DNA of 64,000 nucleotides from a virus (IMGVR_UViG_3300037264_008235:1466-65465); one strand, 5' to 3'; counted from the stretch's first letter, positions 18,734-28,888 are shown. Numbers and translations: made by a program. Notes: generated by a model from the sequence alone, not told the origin.

Positions 18734-20620
18734 TCACTCGCGTTTCTCTTTCGCCGGCGCGCGCGTCCTCGGATCCGGGTGGCACACGACGCAGCACCAG
18801 CCGCCGTCCGGCCGCCGCCACCATATCGTCGAGCCGCAGAACTTGCACGCGCCCTCCGGCTGCTCCTCTCCGGAGTGGAAGCAGTCCTCGATCTTCTTCT
18901 TCACCGCCGCGCGGTCCGGAACTTCAGCTCGACGTCCTCCTCCGCGTCCTCCGGCAGGACAATTACGACACGCGCGCCGAGGGCGACCTCTATCTCCCGG
19001 TCGAGGTCCCGCGCCACGCGGAGTGCGTCCGCCGACGTCTCCTCCTCGGACGGGAAGACGCGGAACACGATCTCGATCTTCACAGGACCTCCAGCAGCCA
19101 GACCACCAGGCGTCCGGCTCCGACGAAGAATAGGACCCCGAGCACGAACGCGGCGACCACGACCTCCCGCGTGACCTCGATCCGCGTCGGCGGCCGGCCG
19201 TCCGGCGGCCAGCCGCCGGGCATCCGATCCTCCTCCTCCCGGCGCCTCCAGTCAAACGGACGCGGGCGGGAAGGAGGCGGCGGCGGCGTGTAGCCCACAG
19301 GAGGTCAGCTCCCGCGCTCCGGCGTCACGGAACCGTCCGGGTGAAGTAGTCGGCCGGGAGGAGGTTCCGGCTTCGCGAACATCACCGCCATCGGCTTCTT
19401 CCGGACGAGGTCGACTCCGAGTAGTTGGACGTCGATCTCCGCGTCCCCGCCCTCGAGGACGCGCATCGGGAGCGCGGCCCTCCTCGCCGCGTCGAACCCG
19501 GCTTTCCAGGCGGCGCGGAACACCTTGTCGACCGTCTCTCCGACGACGCGCTCCGCCTCGTGCCCGCGGATATGCGAGACCTCGATCCCGAGCGCGCGGA
19601 TGAGCTCCGCCGCGGCGGCCTCCCGGAACTCGCGCTCGGCGCGGATCAGGTCCGCGTTCCGGTCGAGGACGGAGCGGATCGGGCGCTCGGTCACTTGGAA
19701 ATCGTCGTCCTCTCGAGCGTCGGGACCGGGCGGTTCCGGTCGACCGGCGCCAGGCCGAAGTCCGCGCGGTAGGCGTCGACCAGCCGCGCGCGCTCCTCCG
19801 GCGTCATGGACCCGCAGAGGACTTCGAGCTCCATCAGCCTGCGGATGCCGTTGAGCTCGGCCACCAGCGCGCGCCGGTCCGCGCGGTCATCCGCCGCGCA
19901 CTTCTCGCAGATCTCCCCGCCGCGCGCGGGCTGCGGGCAGCCCGGCGTCGGGCAGGGCCGCGCGTCCGCGTCCGGCATCTCCAGGTCGAGGCTCACTTCT
20001 TCACCGGCTTCCCGCGGAGCGCGTTCGCCGCGCGGTCGAGCCGCTCCCCGCAATCCAGGCAGACCACGTCGTTCTCGCCCCACAGGCGCCAGAACTGGCC
20101 GGGCGGTTTCCCGCACTCCTTGCACAGGCGCGGCCCGGTTGGTTTGCCTACGTCGAACCCGCGGCGCGTCATGACTTGCTGAGCCTCCGAACGTCCGACC
20201 TCCAGCACTTCCAGATCATGAAAAGCCCCGCGACCGCGCCAACGACGACGAGGATCGGAAGCGAGACGTGCGTGAACTCGTGCCAGCGCATCGCGCGGTA
20301 GAACTCGACGGCCTCATCGTGCGAGAGCCCGATCTTCTCCCACGGCGTCACTCCCGGAACCTCGACAACGCGGCCGCGGCGCGAGTCATCAGAGGGTGCG
20401 GCTCGACGCCGGTCGTGGAGATCAGCGCCTGGTAGGACGCGCAGGCTTCCCGCGCCGCCCGCAGCGCCACGCTCACCGCCGGCCAGGCCGAGATCGCGGC
20501 CGCCTCGAACGACCGGCGACGGATCGAGAACGGAATCGCGTTCAGCTCCGGCACCGTCTCCGCGTGAAGCCGGTCGAGCTCCGCGAGGCTGGGACGCGCG
20601 TCTTCTCTCTGGCCGCTCAC
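18734..20620 (-). CDS. Cluster of ~8 small coupled hypothetical ORFs (18734-18904, 18901-19083, 19080-19298, 19305-19694, 19691-19996, 19993-20172, 20169-20351, 20348-20620)
   Basis: Overlapping start/stop codons; several CxxC Zn-ribbons and single-TM proteins. Confidence 0.5.
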
Positions 20621-21147
20621 GTGATCTCCACGGTGCGTTCCGCGTTGGCGACGTTCGGCCCGCGCATGAGGACCAGCGCGTGAAGCAGCTCCGCCTCGAG
20701 CCGGCACAGCTCGCCGAGCAGCCGCGCGTCCGCCGTCGGCTTCCGCCGCTTCGTCATCTTCCGCGCGCTCACGATCGTCTTCGAGTTCGGCGCCTCCGGC
20801 CCGGTCCGCGTGACCTCCTCCTCCTCCTCGACCGCCTCCGGCTTCGCGTCCTTGTCGAGCTGCTCCTCGATCCGCGCCAGGAACTTGTTCTTGGCCTTCG
20901 CGATCGCGTCCGCCGCGTCGAGCACCCGCCCGCGCAGCTTGACGTCCATATCCTCAGCAGATCTGCGGATCGACTCCATCATCCGGCCCGCCTCGTAGGC
21001 GTCACGGAGCTCGATCCAGAGCTCCCGCTCCGCGCGGACCTCGATCGTCTGATGGTCGACCTCAAACTCCCGCTCGAGCGCCCGCACCTCGATCCGCTTC
21101 TCGACGAACATCCGCTTGATCTGGTCCCAGGGAATCCCCTTCGCCAC
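20617..21147 (-). CDS. Putative terminase small subunit
   Basis: N-terminal HTH WDQIKRMF..VRALEREFEVDHQTIEVRAERELW followed by helical region. Confidence 0.55.
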   Translation of the reverse strand: MAKGIPWDQIKRMFVEKRIEVRALEREFEVDHQTIEVRAERELWIELRDAYEAGRMMESIRRSAEDMDVKLRGRVLDAADAIAKAKNKFLARIEEQLDKDAKPEAVEEEEEVTRTGPEAPNSKTIVSARKMTKRRKPTADARLLGELCRLEAELLHALVLMRGPNVANAERTVEIT

Positions 21148-21149
21148 GG

Positions 21150-21449
21150 TCAGCGCGCCGCCGCGCGGCGGCAGTCCTTCGGCGCGGGACGGAAGAGGTC
21201 CGCCGTCGTGACCGGCGCGCCCCCGAGCGCGGACATCGCGGCCGCGATCCGGTCCGCCGTCGCGCGCTCGACCCGCCCGTTCTCGTTCTCGACCGCCCAG
21301 TAGCGCGCGTGCGTCCACCCGCACGCCTCGGCGACCGCCTCCTGAGTCAGGCCGAGCTCGACCCGCTTCGTCTCCAGTCTCCCGGAAACACAGATCACGT
21401 ACGCGGCGCCGCAGCGCCCCTCCGGACCCTCTCGATCTTCTCGACTCAT
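21150..21449 (-). CDS. XRE/Cro-type HTH regulator
   Basis: RVELGLTQEAVAEACGW...VEN.NG. Confidence 0.75.
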   Translation of the reverse strand: MSREDREGPEGRCGAAYVICVSGRLETKRVELGLTQEAVAEACGWTHARYWAVENENGRVERATADRIAAAMSALGGAPVTTADLFRPAPKDCRRAAAR

Positions 21450-21492
21450 GACCCGAATATAACACCTGCGAGCCGACGTACGAATGCCGCGC

Positions 21493-22395
21493 TCACGTCT
21501 TCTCCCTCCTGTGCTCCTCGACCAGGGCGCGGATCGCGGGGTGCTTCGGCGTCTTCCGCTCGACCAGCTCCGCGCCGTACTCGTCGACCGCCGGCAGCTT
21601 CGAGAGGTCGACGCCCGGCTTCAGGATCAGCGGCGTCCGGAACCCCTTCCACGCGTCGCGAATCACGTGCTGCGGACGCCCGTAGCGGCGGGACGTCTTC
21701 ACGACTCCCGGCCAGGCGCGCTCGAGGCTCCGGGCCATCTTCAGGCGCCCGTCCCCGGAGTAGAGCGCCTCCGTGTTCCCTCCCTTCACGGTCATAGTCG
21801 TCATCTTCCAGGCGAGGAACACGTTGACTAGGATCGTGCACCACCCGCCGGCGAGGACCTGGAGGCAGAGGTCCGCATCGTCGTTGTACTCGAACCGCCA
21901 GCGGAACGGAGCCGCGTGGTTGACGAGCGTACAAGAGTAGACGTGAGCGTTCACGAAGAAGGGCGGGACCCTCGACCGGTTCGGCGCGAACATGTAGTAG
22001 TTCAGGCCCGAGATCCCGACGTTCTCGTAGCGGTCCGTGAGGTCCTCCGCCACGCGGAGCGCGAGCCCGGCCTCACACGGGACCTTCCTCGCCTTCCAGC
22101 GCCGCCAGAAACCGGAGATGTTGTCGTCGAGCTGCCAGTGCTTCGCGGCGCCGGACGCTTCCGCGTGGTCACGGATCCAGTTCCGCGCGCGGAGGAGCCC
22201 GTCCTTCGCTCCCGGATCGTTGTCCCGAGGGAGGCAGACCACGCGCTCCGCCCCGAACCTGCGCGCGTAGTCTTCCCGCTCGCGCGGCTGGACGACGAGC
22301 AGGAAAGGCACCGCATCCCTGAGGAGCGCCTTGGCCGTCAAGCAGACGTCCGCTCTCCCCGCGGACGGGATGTAGACCGGGTAGCGCGGGTTCAC
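21493..22395 (-). CDS. TET-associated / GREB1-like glycosyltransferase (putative DNA modification)
   Basis: PVYIPSAGRA, RARNWI.DH, HWQLDDNI, VYSCTL, YNDDADL.LQVL, KGGNT motifs. Confidence 0.8.
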   Translation of the reverse strand: MNPRYPVYIPSAGRADVCLTAKALLRDAVPFLLVVQPREREDYARRFGAERVVCLPRDNDPGAKDGLLRARNWIRDHAEASGAAKHWQLDDNISGFWRRWKARKVPCEAGLALRVAEDLTDRYENVGISGLNYYMFAPNRSRVPPFFVNAHVYSCTLVNHAAPFRWRFEYNDDADLCLQVLAGGWCTILVNVFLAWKMTTMTVKGGNTEALYSGDGRLKMARSLERAWPGVVKTSRRYGRPQHVIRDAWKGFRTPLILKPGVDLSKLPAVDEYGAELVERKTPKHPAIRALVEEHRREKT

Positions 22396-23927
22396 GTCTT
22401 CGGCGCCTCCTCGAACCGGAGACCCGCCACGTCCTCCCGCTCGGAGAGCGGCCAGCGGACCGACCACGTCTTCTTCTTCCGGTAGATATTGGTCGCACCG
22501 ATCTTCTCGACGAACGCCGCGCGCCCGGCCTCGTCCTCGAAGAGGACCACGAGCTTGAGCTGGTCCTCCCCCTCCTCGTAGCCGGGAAGCCCGACCCAGG
22601 CGGCGGCGGCGTCGAGGTCCGGCAGCTCGTCCGCTCCGCGCGTCACCATCGCGAGCGCGGCGAGTTGCGCCTCGTCGAAGCCGGTCCCCTCGAGGCCGGC
22701 CGGCAGCTTGGCGAGCTCGCGGAGCATCTCGGTCAGCGTCCGGTCGTCGATCTCCGCCAGACGCGCGACCTCATTGTCGCCGGCGAGGATCCGGAGCGCG
22801 CGCGAGTCGTCCGGCTCGAGGTCGAGGCGGACGGCGGGCCCGCGCTCGATCCCCATCGCGAGGGCCGCCTTCACGACCCCGTGACCGGCGAGGACCGTCC
22901 CGTCCCGGGCGATCACCACCGGGCGGTAGAACCCGTTCGCCCGGAGGCTCGCCTGCAGGTGGGCGATCTGGTCCGGCGGATGCTCCCGGTAGTTTCGAGG
23001 GTGCGGGCGGAGAGAGGAGAGCGGGACGACCTCGATCGGGAGGTCGGCGCGCGGGGCGGACGGGAGCGGGGCGGGTTCGGTCAAGGACGTCTCCTGTCTT
23101 GCGGGCCTCTCGGCCTCTCCGGCGAGGACCCAGACGCCGGGTCGGTTGTTCCAGAAACCGGAGCTCACGCTCCGGTAGCCCTGGGCCCTCATCTCCTTGG
23201 CGAACACGCGGCCGAAAGAGCCGCCGTCGACCGGCCCGTCGTCGGACTGGTACCAGCGGAAGTGCCCGATCGACCGAGCTCCGAACGCGTTGGCGACCAG
23301 CCAGGCTCTCGGCCGGACGTTCCGGAGTATCTCCCTCAGGTGGTCGATCGGTCTCTCGAAGTGCTCGAAGTACTCGCTCGCGAGAGCGAGGTCGCACTCC
23401 CAGCCGCGGAGCGCCGCCGCGCTCTCCTCGAGGCGGAACCCGGTCCTGCGCGCGAGGACGGAGGCGACCCTCCACTGGAGGGACTCGGGCAGTTGCGTCC
23501 CGACGACGTCGGAGCCCGGGAACATCTCGGCCAGCGCCGCGGTCGTGACGCCGATCCCGCAGCCGAGGTCGAGGACGCCGCGCCCGGGCCCGACCTCGAA
23601 CAGGCGCTTCTTCCTCACCTCGCGCAGGTACCGCCTCGAGTAGACGGCCCAGCACGTCCAGGCCTCGGAAACGTACTCGGCGTCGTCGTAGACGCCGAAG
23701 TCCGGCAGCTCCGCGTCGAGCGACCGGTACCAGCGTTCCGTGAGCGGGTTCGGGTAGCCGTCGGAAGCCCTGGAACCGAAGTGGGAGACGCAGTCGCGGG
23801 AGAGGCGGACGATCTCCTCCGCTCCCTCGATCCCGGCCTCGGTCAGCAGGGAGAGGAAGAATCGGAACCCGGCGTCGCCGGCCATGTCCAGGAACGAGCC
23901 GGTCAACGGTCCTCCTCCTGGTGTCAT
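22392..23927 (-). CDS. SAM-dependent methyltransferase fused to ParB/Srx-like domain
   Basis: VLDLGCGIG and SEYFEH in N-half; LRPHPRNYREH..GFYRPVV..VLAGHG..LAGDN in C-half. Confidence 0.8.
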   Translation of the reverse strand: MTPGGGPLTGSFLDMAGDAGFRFFLSLLTEAGIEGAEEIVRLSRDCVSHFGSRASDGYPNPLTERWYRSLDAELPDFGVYDDAEYVSEAWTCWAVYSRRYLREVRKKRLFEVGPGRGVLDLGCGIGVTTAALAEMFPGSDVVGTQLPESLQWRVASVLARRTGFRLEESAAALRGWECDLALASEYFEHFERPIDHLREILRNVRPRAWLVANAFGARSIGHFRWYQSDDGPVDGGSFGRVFAKEMRAQGYRSVSSGFWNNRPGVWVLAGEAERPARQETSLTEPAPLPSAPRADLPIEVVPLSSLRPHPRNYREHPPDQIAHLQASLRANGFYRPVVIARDGTVLAGHGVVKAALAMGIERGPAVRLDLEPDDSRALRILAGDNEVARLAEIDDRTLTEMLRELAKLPAGLEGTGFDEAQLAALAMVTRGADELPDLDAAAAWVGLPGYEEGEDQLKLVVLFEDEAGRAAFVEKIGATNIYRKKKTWSVRWPLSEREDVAGLRFEEAPKT

Positions 23928-24373
23928 CCGGGTGTCCTCCAGGCGCCTCCAGGTGCCAGGAACGGGAGCGGTCCGCCCTCGCGGTAGGCGCGGGCGGCGC
24001 GGAAGCGGGTCACCACGACCCGGAAAGCGGCCGGGAACGCGTCCAGAGAGAGCTCGACCCCCTCCGGGTCCTCCAGGCGGACCAAGTCCCTGAGGACGAA
24101 CGCGCAGAGGCCTTGCGCGCGGAGCCGGCGGAGGCGCTCGACCTGGGCGGGGCGGAGCGGCCCGTCCCCGGACTTGAGCTCCGGGAGGAGGACGGCGCCG
24201 CCGGGCCCGAAGACGATCAGGTCCGGCCAGCCCGGAGGGGTCATGGCGTCCTGGCGCTCGACGCGGGCGAGCCAGCCGCGGGAGCGGAGGGCGGCGACCA
24301 GGGAGGCGCGGTCGTCATTCTCACGGCGGGCGCGGGAGCCTTTGGACGGGCGGCTTGGGGCGCGGTTGGTCAC
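23924..24373 (-). CDS. VRR-NUC (PD-(D/E)xK) nuclease
   Basis: GWPDL...ELKS..G.LRPAQ. Confidence 0.8.
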   Translation of the reverse strand: MTNRAPSRPSKGSRARRENDDRASLVAALRSRGWLARVERQDAMTPPGWPDLIVFGPGGAVLLPELKSGDGPLRPAQVERLRRLRAQGLCAFVLRDLVRLEDPEGVELSLDAFPAAFRVVVTRFRAARAYREGGPLPFLAPGGAWRTPG

Positions 24374-24469
24374 TGGAACCTCCGTAGACAGATCACGCGC
24401 GACCCCAAGTGTCCGGACGCGCGTAAGTCATCAAGTGAGCGGGCCTCCTGAAACGCCGTAAGTCTTCCG

Positions 24470-24780
24470 GAGTAGGGGGGAGGGTTCGGAAAACAGACCC
24501 TCCCCCCACTTAAGCTGTTTACTGGTAGCCAGTTGCCGAAATGTGCCTTGAGGGGGGAGGGTTTGGGGAGGGTTAACCGGGTATATATGTAAAACTAAGT
24601 CTGTATAATTGTACGTTATACTGGCGTACAAAACAGAGATCCCAGGATTAACCCCCCAGAAACCCTCCCCCCTGAGGTCCGTTTCGCGCAAAGCGTTATC
24701 TGGTAACGGCCGCAGAGGGGGGAGGGTTGAAAAAACAAACCCTCCCCCCCTATCGAGGTTTTCCACACGTTTTCCACAAG
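24470..24780. other. Putative replication origin
   Basis: Most AT-rich island in the window; GGGAGGGTT/AACCCTCCC repeats in both orientations; two TTTTCCACA boxes (24759-24767, 24770-24778); directly downstream of primase-helicase. Confidence 0.7.
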
Positions 24781-24789
24781 CGGGTGGGG

Positions 24790-27700
24790 TCATTCCTCAC
24801 CCGGCTCTCGGTTACGTTCGCCGGGACCCTCCGACCAGTGAGCGTCTTGCGTCGCGAGCGCGATACCGCGGTACTCGATCTTCCGGCCCGAGTGGCGGGA
24901 GGATTTCCGCTTCTCGAGCCCGCGCTCGGAGAGGCGGAGGCTGAACGCGGTCTGGGTCAGCGGGTCCTCTCCGCGCTTGAGAGCCCAGTTCCTGTAGTCG
25001 CCGTACAGGTCTGAGGCGAAGGCGGCGGCGTGGGGGGAGAGGGCGCAGCGGTCGGTGATCCACTCCCCGACGACGTCCTGTTCCGAGCGGTACTCGGCGG
25101 TGGCCTCCCGGACGGCCTCCGGATCCCGGAGCCCGCCGGCGAACCAGGCGACCGCGCCGCGGACGATCCAGGCGAGGATGCCGGGCGCCTCGGCGCGGAG
25201 CTTCTCGGGCAGCTCCGGGTCGCGCTCGGCCTCCGGGACGACGACGGAGAACGGGATCAGGCGGATGCGGCGCCAGATCCCGACGTCGGTGCCGCGGACG
25301 TCCGGTTTATGGTTGGCGGCGAGCCAGACCTTGTGGGTCGGCTCGAAGGACCAGAAGTCCTCCCGCATCCGCCTCGCCTTGATCAGGTCCCCGCCGGTGA
25401 TCTCCTTGACGATGGCCTCGGCCATCGCGCGGCCCTCCCCGACCTCGATGGTGGAGACGAGGCGCTTGCCGTGCAGGTCGGCGAGCTCGGTCGGGTGGTG
25501 CTCGCCGCGCTTGGCCAGGAGGAGTTCCGGGGGGGCCTTGTCGGCGTAGTCGGTTCCGAGGACGTGCTGGAGCGCGCCGAGCCAGGTGGAGTTGTGGGTC
25601 GGGACCATTCCCTCCCCGACGAGGTAGAGGTGGGAAGGGGAGTCGACCTCGACGCAGCGGACGGGGACGGGAGCGACGGGGTAACAGGCGACGACTGACC
25701 GGAAGAGCGGGAGCGAGCGCGGGCGGCAGGCGCCGAGTTTGCGGGGCGAGGAGAAGACGTCCAGTCCGGGGACGGTCGTGAAGATCACGCGGAACTTCGG
25801 GCCGTGGTCGACGCCGTTCAGGCGCGCACGGCCTTCGGAGAGCGTCGGGCGGAGGCCGAGGGAGCGGGCCAGCTCGAGGACGCCGTTGGCCAGCGCGCGG
25901 GAGGTCGAGCAGTACTCGCATTGCGCCTGCCGCTTGAGCGCGTGGCCGTCGGAGTCCATCAGTCCCTGAAGGAGCGCGAGTCGCTGTCGGGCGGAGGCGC
26001 GCAGGTAGGCGGGCGGGACGTGTTTGTTGTCGAGGACTTCCGCGCGGGCGAGCTTGGCGCGCGCGGAACCTCCGCGCATTCCGCAGCCGTAGCGGCGTTC
26101 CGTGGTGCGGAACGTAAGTGTCCGGCCTCGGCCCTTCACTCTCCCGAATGAGCAGAAGTACCCGGCGTTGGAGAACCGGCCGGCGACGTGGCCGGAATCG
26201 TCCTCGTGAGTAGCGATCTGCGGTCCTCCGGTCGAGCCGTTGCCGAGCCAGTAGCCGAGGACGTACGGGTCGAGCGGGAGGTCCGCGTCCGGCAGCGTTA
26301 GGGCGCCGGCCATCGCGACGCGCCAGCGGTACTCGGTCCCGCCGCGGCAGGCTCCGGTTGTGGGCCGGACGCGGACGACGACGTTGTCGGCGATCTCTCG
26401 AGTCATCCGGGTCGATTCCCGGCCGACGTAGTCGGAGACGCGCCACTCGTGCTCGGCGTCGGCGACGACGGAAGTACCGTCGGAGAATCGGACGCGGAAG
26501 CAGGGTCGGTCCGTCCACGTATCGGAGAGCGCCAGGACTCGGCAAGGCACGCCGCGTTCATCGAATACGAGATCTCCTGGCCGGAGCGCGCCCTGCGTCG
26601 TCCACCCCGTAGGAGTCGGAATGTAAGTGTTCAAGCAGCACGCTTTTCCGTTGGCGCCCGTCCCGTAGCAGAAGAAGAGGGCGTGGTCGCGGACGGAGCC
26701 GGTGGCGGAGTACCCGGCGGCGCGCTGTAGGTACTCGATCAGGAGGCGGTTCGGTTCCCAGGAGGTCCCCTCGGTCGTGACCAGCTCGCGGCCGAAGATC
26801 CGGTCGAGGAACCGTTCCCAGATCGGCGCGGGCGCGGCGGGGTCGAAGGGAGTCGGGCAGAGCTTGGTGATCATGTCCGCCTTGGCGTGCGGGCGGAGGG
26901 CGCCGGAGCGGAGGTCGACGACGCCGTTGGGGCAGCAGAGGGCCCAGGGGTCGCGGTCGAGGAGGTCGGGGAGGACGGCGACGCGGGAGCGGGCCATCTC
27001 GGCGGCGTTGCTCGATCCGGCGCGGGAGAGGGACTTGACCGCCCAGCGGGCGAGGGCCTTGGCCTCGGCGGGAGTCGCGGCGTCCAGGGCCTCACGGAAG
27101 ATGCCGCGGACGGAGCGGAGGGCGCGGCGCTCGATCTCCCCGGTCCGGTCGGGGCACCAGCGGGCGCCGTCCCAGGCGAGCCACTTGTTCCACGGGTAGC
27201 AGAAGCGGAGGTCCTCTCCGTGGTCGCGCACGAGGCGGGCGGCGTTGCCGGAGTCGGAGAACCGCTCGCTGTCCGGGCCGGGGAGGGGGGCGGGGGTCGC
27301 GGCCGTCGCCGGGGCGGTCCCGTTCCCGCCGGCGTCGCCGGAGCCGGCGGTCGCGTGCGGGCGCGGAGCGCCGAACCCCTCTCCGGCGAGGGCGCGGGCG
27401 GCGGCGCGGAAGTCGCCGCCGTGCTCGAGCAGGGAGAGGACCTGGAACGGGCTGTAGGCGTGGCGCGGCTCGAACGGTTTCCAGGAGGGGGAGAAGACGT
27501 AGAGGAGCGGGACGCCGTCGATCTCCCGGACGGTGGCGTCGATGCCGCGGGTGCGGGCGCCCGGGCGGCGCCAGTGCTCGATCCCGCCGGCGGCGGAGCG
27601 GGCGAGGACGGCGCCGCGGCGCTCGAGGAGGGCGCGGACGTTCCCGCGGCGGTTGTAGTCGTCCCCGGGGCGGTCGGTCCGGTCCGAGCGGGCGGAGCCG

Positions 27701-28353
27701 GACTCGACCTGCCGCTCGCTGGAGCCGGCCCGGCCGGCGACGCCGGCGGCGACGAGGCGGGCGGTCCGGGTGGGTTCGGGGAGGAGGACGCGGAACGCGC
27801 CGGTCCGGGCGACTCCCTGGACGGTGGCGCGGGGCGAGTAGAAGAGGCGGGCGCGGTCGAGGACGGGGGTCTGGTCGACGGAGAGGCCGCCGGAGTCGCC
27901 GAAGGGGAGGAGCTCGTGCACGGCGGTCTCTACGAGGAGCGCGGCGCCGCGGGCGGCGTCGTCCTGGAGGTCGCCGTCGGGCTCGGGCTCGTCGAGGACG
28001 AAGACGGCGCGGAGCCCGCGCGGGGTGCGGTGGGAGAGGTTGAGGAGCGGGGCCAGGAGGCGCTCGGCGGCGGCGGCGACGTTCTCCGGGACGGCGGAGT
28101 GGACCCACTCGGACTCGCCGGCGGGGGGCGGGGTCAGGTAGTCGAGGTCGACCACGACGGCGGAGGAGGAGCGCCAGGCGTCGCGGGAGCGGCGGTCGCC
28201 CTCGAACTCGAAGGGGGCCCACCAGGCCTCGTCGCCGGCGTGGGCGCCGACGAGGGAGGCGAGCGAGCGGACGGGGTCGGCGGGGTCGAGCGGGACGCGG
28301 CGGCCGTCGGGGCGGCGGAGGCCGAGGCCGAGGGTGACCGCGCGGGGTTTCAA
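24790..28353 (-). CDS. Primase-helicase (AEP-like N-terminus, D5/P4-type SF3 helicase) with intein
   Basis: VVDLDY..SHRTPRG; SDSGNAARL..WLAWDGARW; GTGANGK/ST; KEITGGD; ANHKP; IWRRIRLIPF; TTG start with RBS. Confidence 0.88.
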   Translation of the reverse strand: MKPRAVTLGLGLRRPDGRRVPLDPADPVRSLASLVGAHAGDEAWWAPFEFEGDRRSRDAWRSSSAVVVDLDYLTPPPAGESEWVHSAVPENVAAAAERLLAPLLNLSHRTPRGLRAVFVLDEPEPDGDLQDDAARGAALLVETAVHELLPFGDSGGLSVDQTPVLDRARLFYSPRATVQGVARTGAFRVLLPEPTRTARLVAAGVAGRAGSSERQVESGSARSDRTDRPGDDYNRRGNVRALLERRGAVLARSAAGGIEHWRRPGARTRGIDATVREIDGVPLLYVFSPSWKPFEPRHAYSPFQVLSLLEHGGDFRAAARALAGEGFGAPRPHATAGSGDAGGNGTAPATAATPAPLPGPDSERFSDSGNAARLVRDHGEDLRFCYPWNKWLAWDGARWCPDRTGEIERRALRSVRGIFREALDAATPAEAKALARWAVKSLSRAGSSNAAEMARSRVAVLPDLLDRDPWALCCPNGVVDLRSGALRPHAKADMITKLCPTPFDPAAPAPIWERFLDRIFGRELVTTEGTSWEPNRLLIEYLQRAAGYSATGSVRDHALFFCYGTGANGKACCLNTYIPTPTGWTTQGALRPGDLVFDERGVPCRVLALSDTWTDRPCFRVRFSDGTSVVADAEHEWRVSDYVGRESTRMTREIADNVVVRVRPTTGACRGGTEYRWRVAMAGALTLPDADLPLDPYVLGYWLGNGSTGGPQIATHEDDSGHVAGRFSNAGYFCSFGRVKGRGRTLTFRTTERRYGCGMRGGSARAKLARAEVLDNKHVPPAYLRASARQRLALLQGLMDSDGHALKRQAQCEYCSTSRALANGVLELARSLGLRPTLSEGRARLNGVDHGPKFRVIFTTVPGLDVFSSPRKLGACRPRSLPLFRSVVACYPVAPVPVRCVEVDSPSHLYLVGEGMVPTHNSTWLGALQHVLGTDYADKAPPELLLAKRGEHHPTELADLHGKRLVSTIEVGEGRAMAEAIVKEITGGDLIKARRMREDFWSFEPTHKVWLAANHKPDVRGTDVGIWRRIRLIPFSVVVPEAERDPELPEKLRAEAPGILAWIVRGAVAWFAGGLRDPEAVREATAEYRSEQDVVGEWITDRCALSPHAAAFASDLYGDYRNWALKRGEDPLTQTAFSLRLSERGLEKRKSSRHSGRKIEYRGIALATQDAHWSEGPGERNREPGEE
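25591..26643 (-). mobile_element. Class 3 intein (351 aa) with LAGLIDADG homing endonuclease
   Basis: Inserted in P-loop GK^ST; starts ACCLNTYIPTPTGW, has HEW, VRCVEV, ends PTHN; YVLGYWLGNG and LLQGLMDSDG motifs. Confidence 0.92.
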
Positions 28354-28724
28354 TCTTCCTCCTCGTCGTCGCGGAAGTCGGTCTCGCCGCGCTTCTCGAT
28401 GATCTCTACGCACTTGGCGCGCTGCTTCTCGGAGAGGGAGCGCCCGGAGCCGACCTGGCGGGTGATCGAGTCGGCGAACTCGGATTCCCAGTCGGAGAGG
28501 CCGCCGTAGTCGGCGAGCTGGTCGGAGAGGTCGCGGTCGGGCCAGCCGGCGGGCCCGGCTGGCGCGCCGGGGCGCGGGCCGGCGCTGGCGAGGTTGTCCG
28601 GGTCCTGGCGGGCCCAGGAGAGGAAGCGGCCGCAGGCGCGGCACTCCTCGCGGAGGTGGGCCGTCCCGTCCGCGAAGGCTTCCCAGCGGACGCGCGTCCG
28701 CTCGTGAGCGCAAGATCCCGACAA
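28350..28724 (-). CDS. Hypothetical Zn-ribbon protein (start uncertain)
   Basis: HLREECRACGRFLSW; WESEFADSI. Confidence 0.5.
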   Translation of the reverse strand: MSGSCAHERTRVRWEAFADGTAHLREECRACGRFLSWARQDPDNLASAGPRPGAPAGPAGWPDRDLSDQLADYGGLSDWESEFADSITRQVGSGRSLSEKQRAKCVEIIEKRGETDFRDDEEED

Positions 28725-28888
28725 GCTGACCGCCCTCGACCGCCGCCGCCGTTTCGATCTGCCGGGTCGCCCCGACCCCGCCGCCGCGCCTCCTCCGGAC
28801 CGCCCGGACCGGGGGGAGCGCCGCCGAATATAACACCTGCGCGGGAGAGAAGTGGTAACCGGAGGCGGGCGGGGGCGCGCGCGGAGCG

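Noticed and set aside
24596-24625. dif-like XerCD site
   Set aside because: Only a 6-bp inverted repeat with 7-bp spacer; no TTATGTTAAAT-like XerD arm
24431-24793. 120-aa minus ORF across the AT-rich island
   Set aside because: Overlaps iteron-like repeats; atypical composition is better explained by an origin, though translation is not excluded
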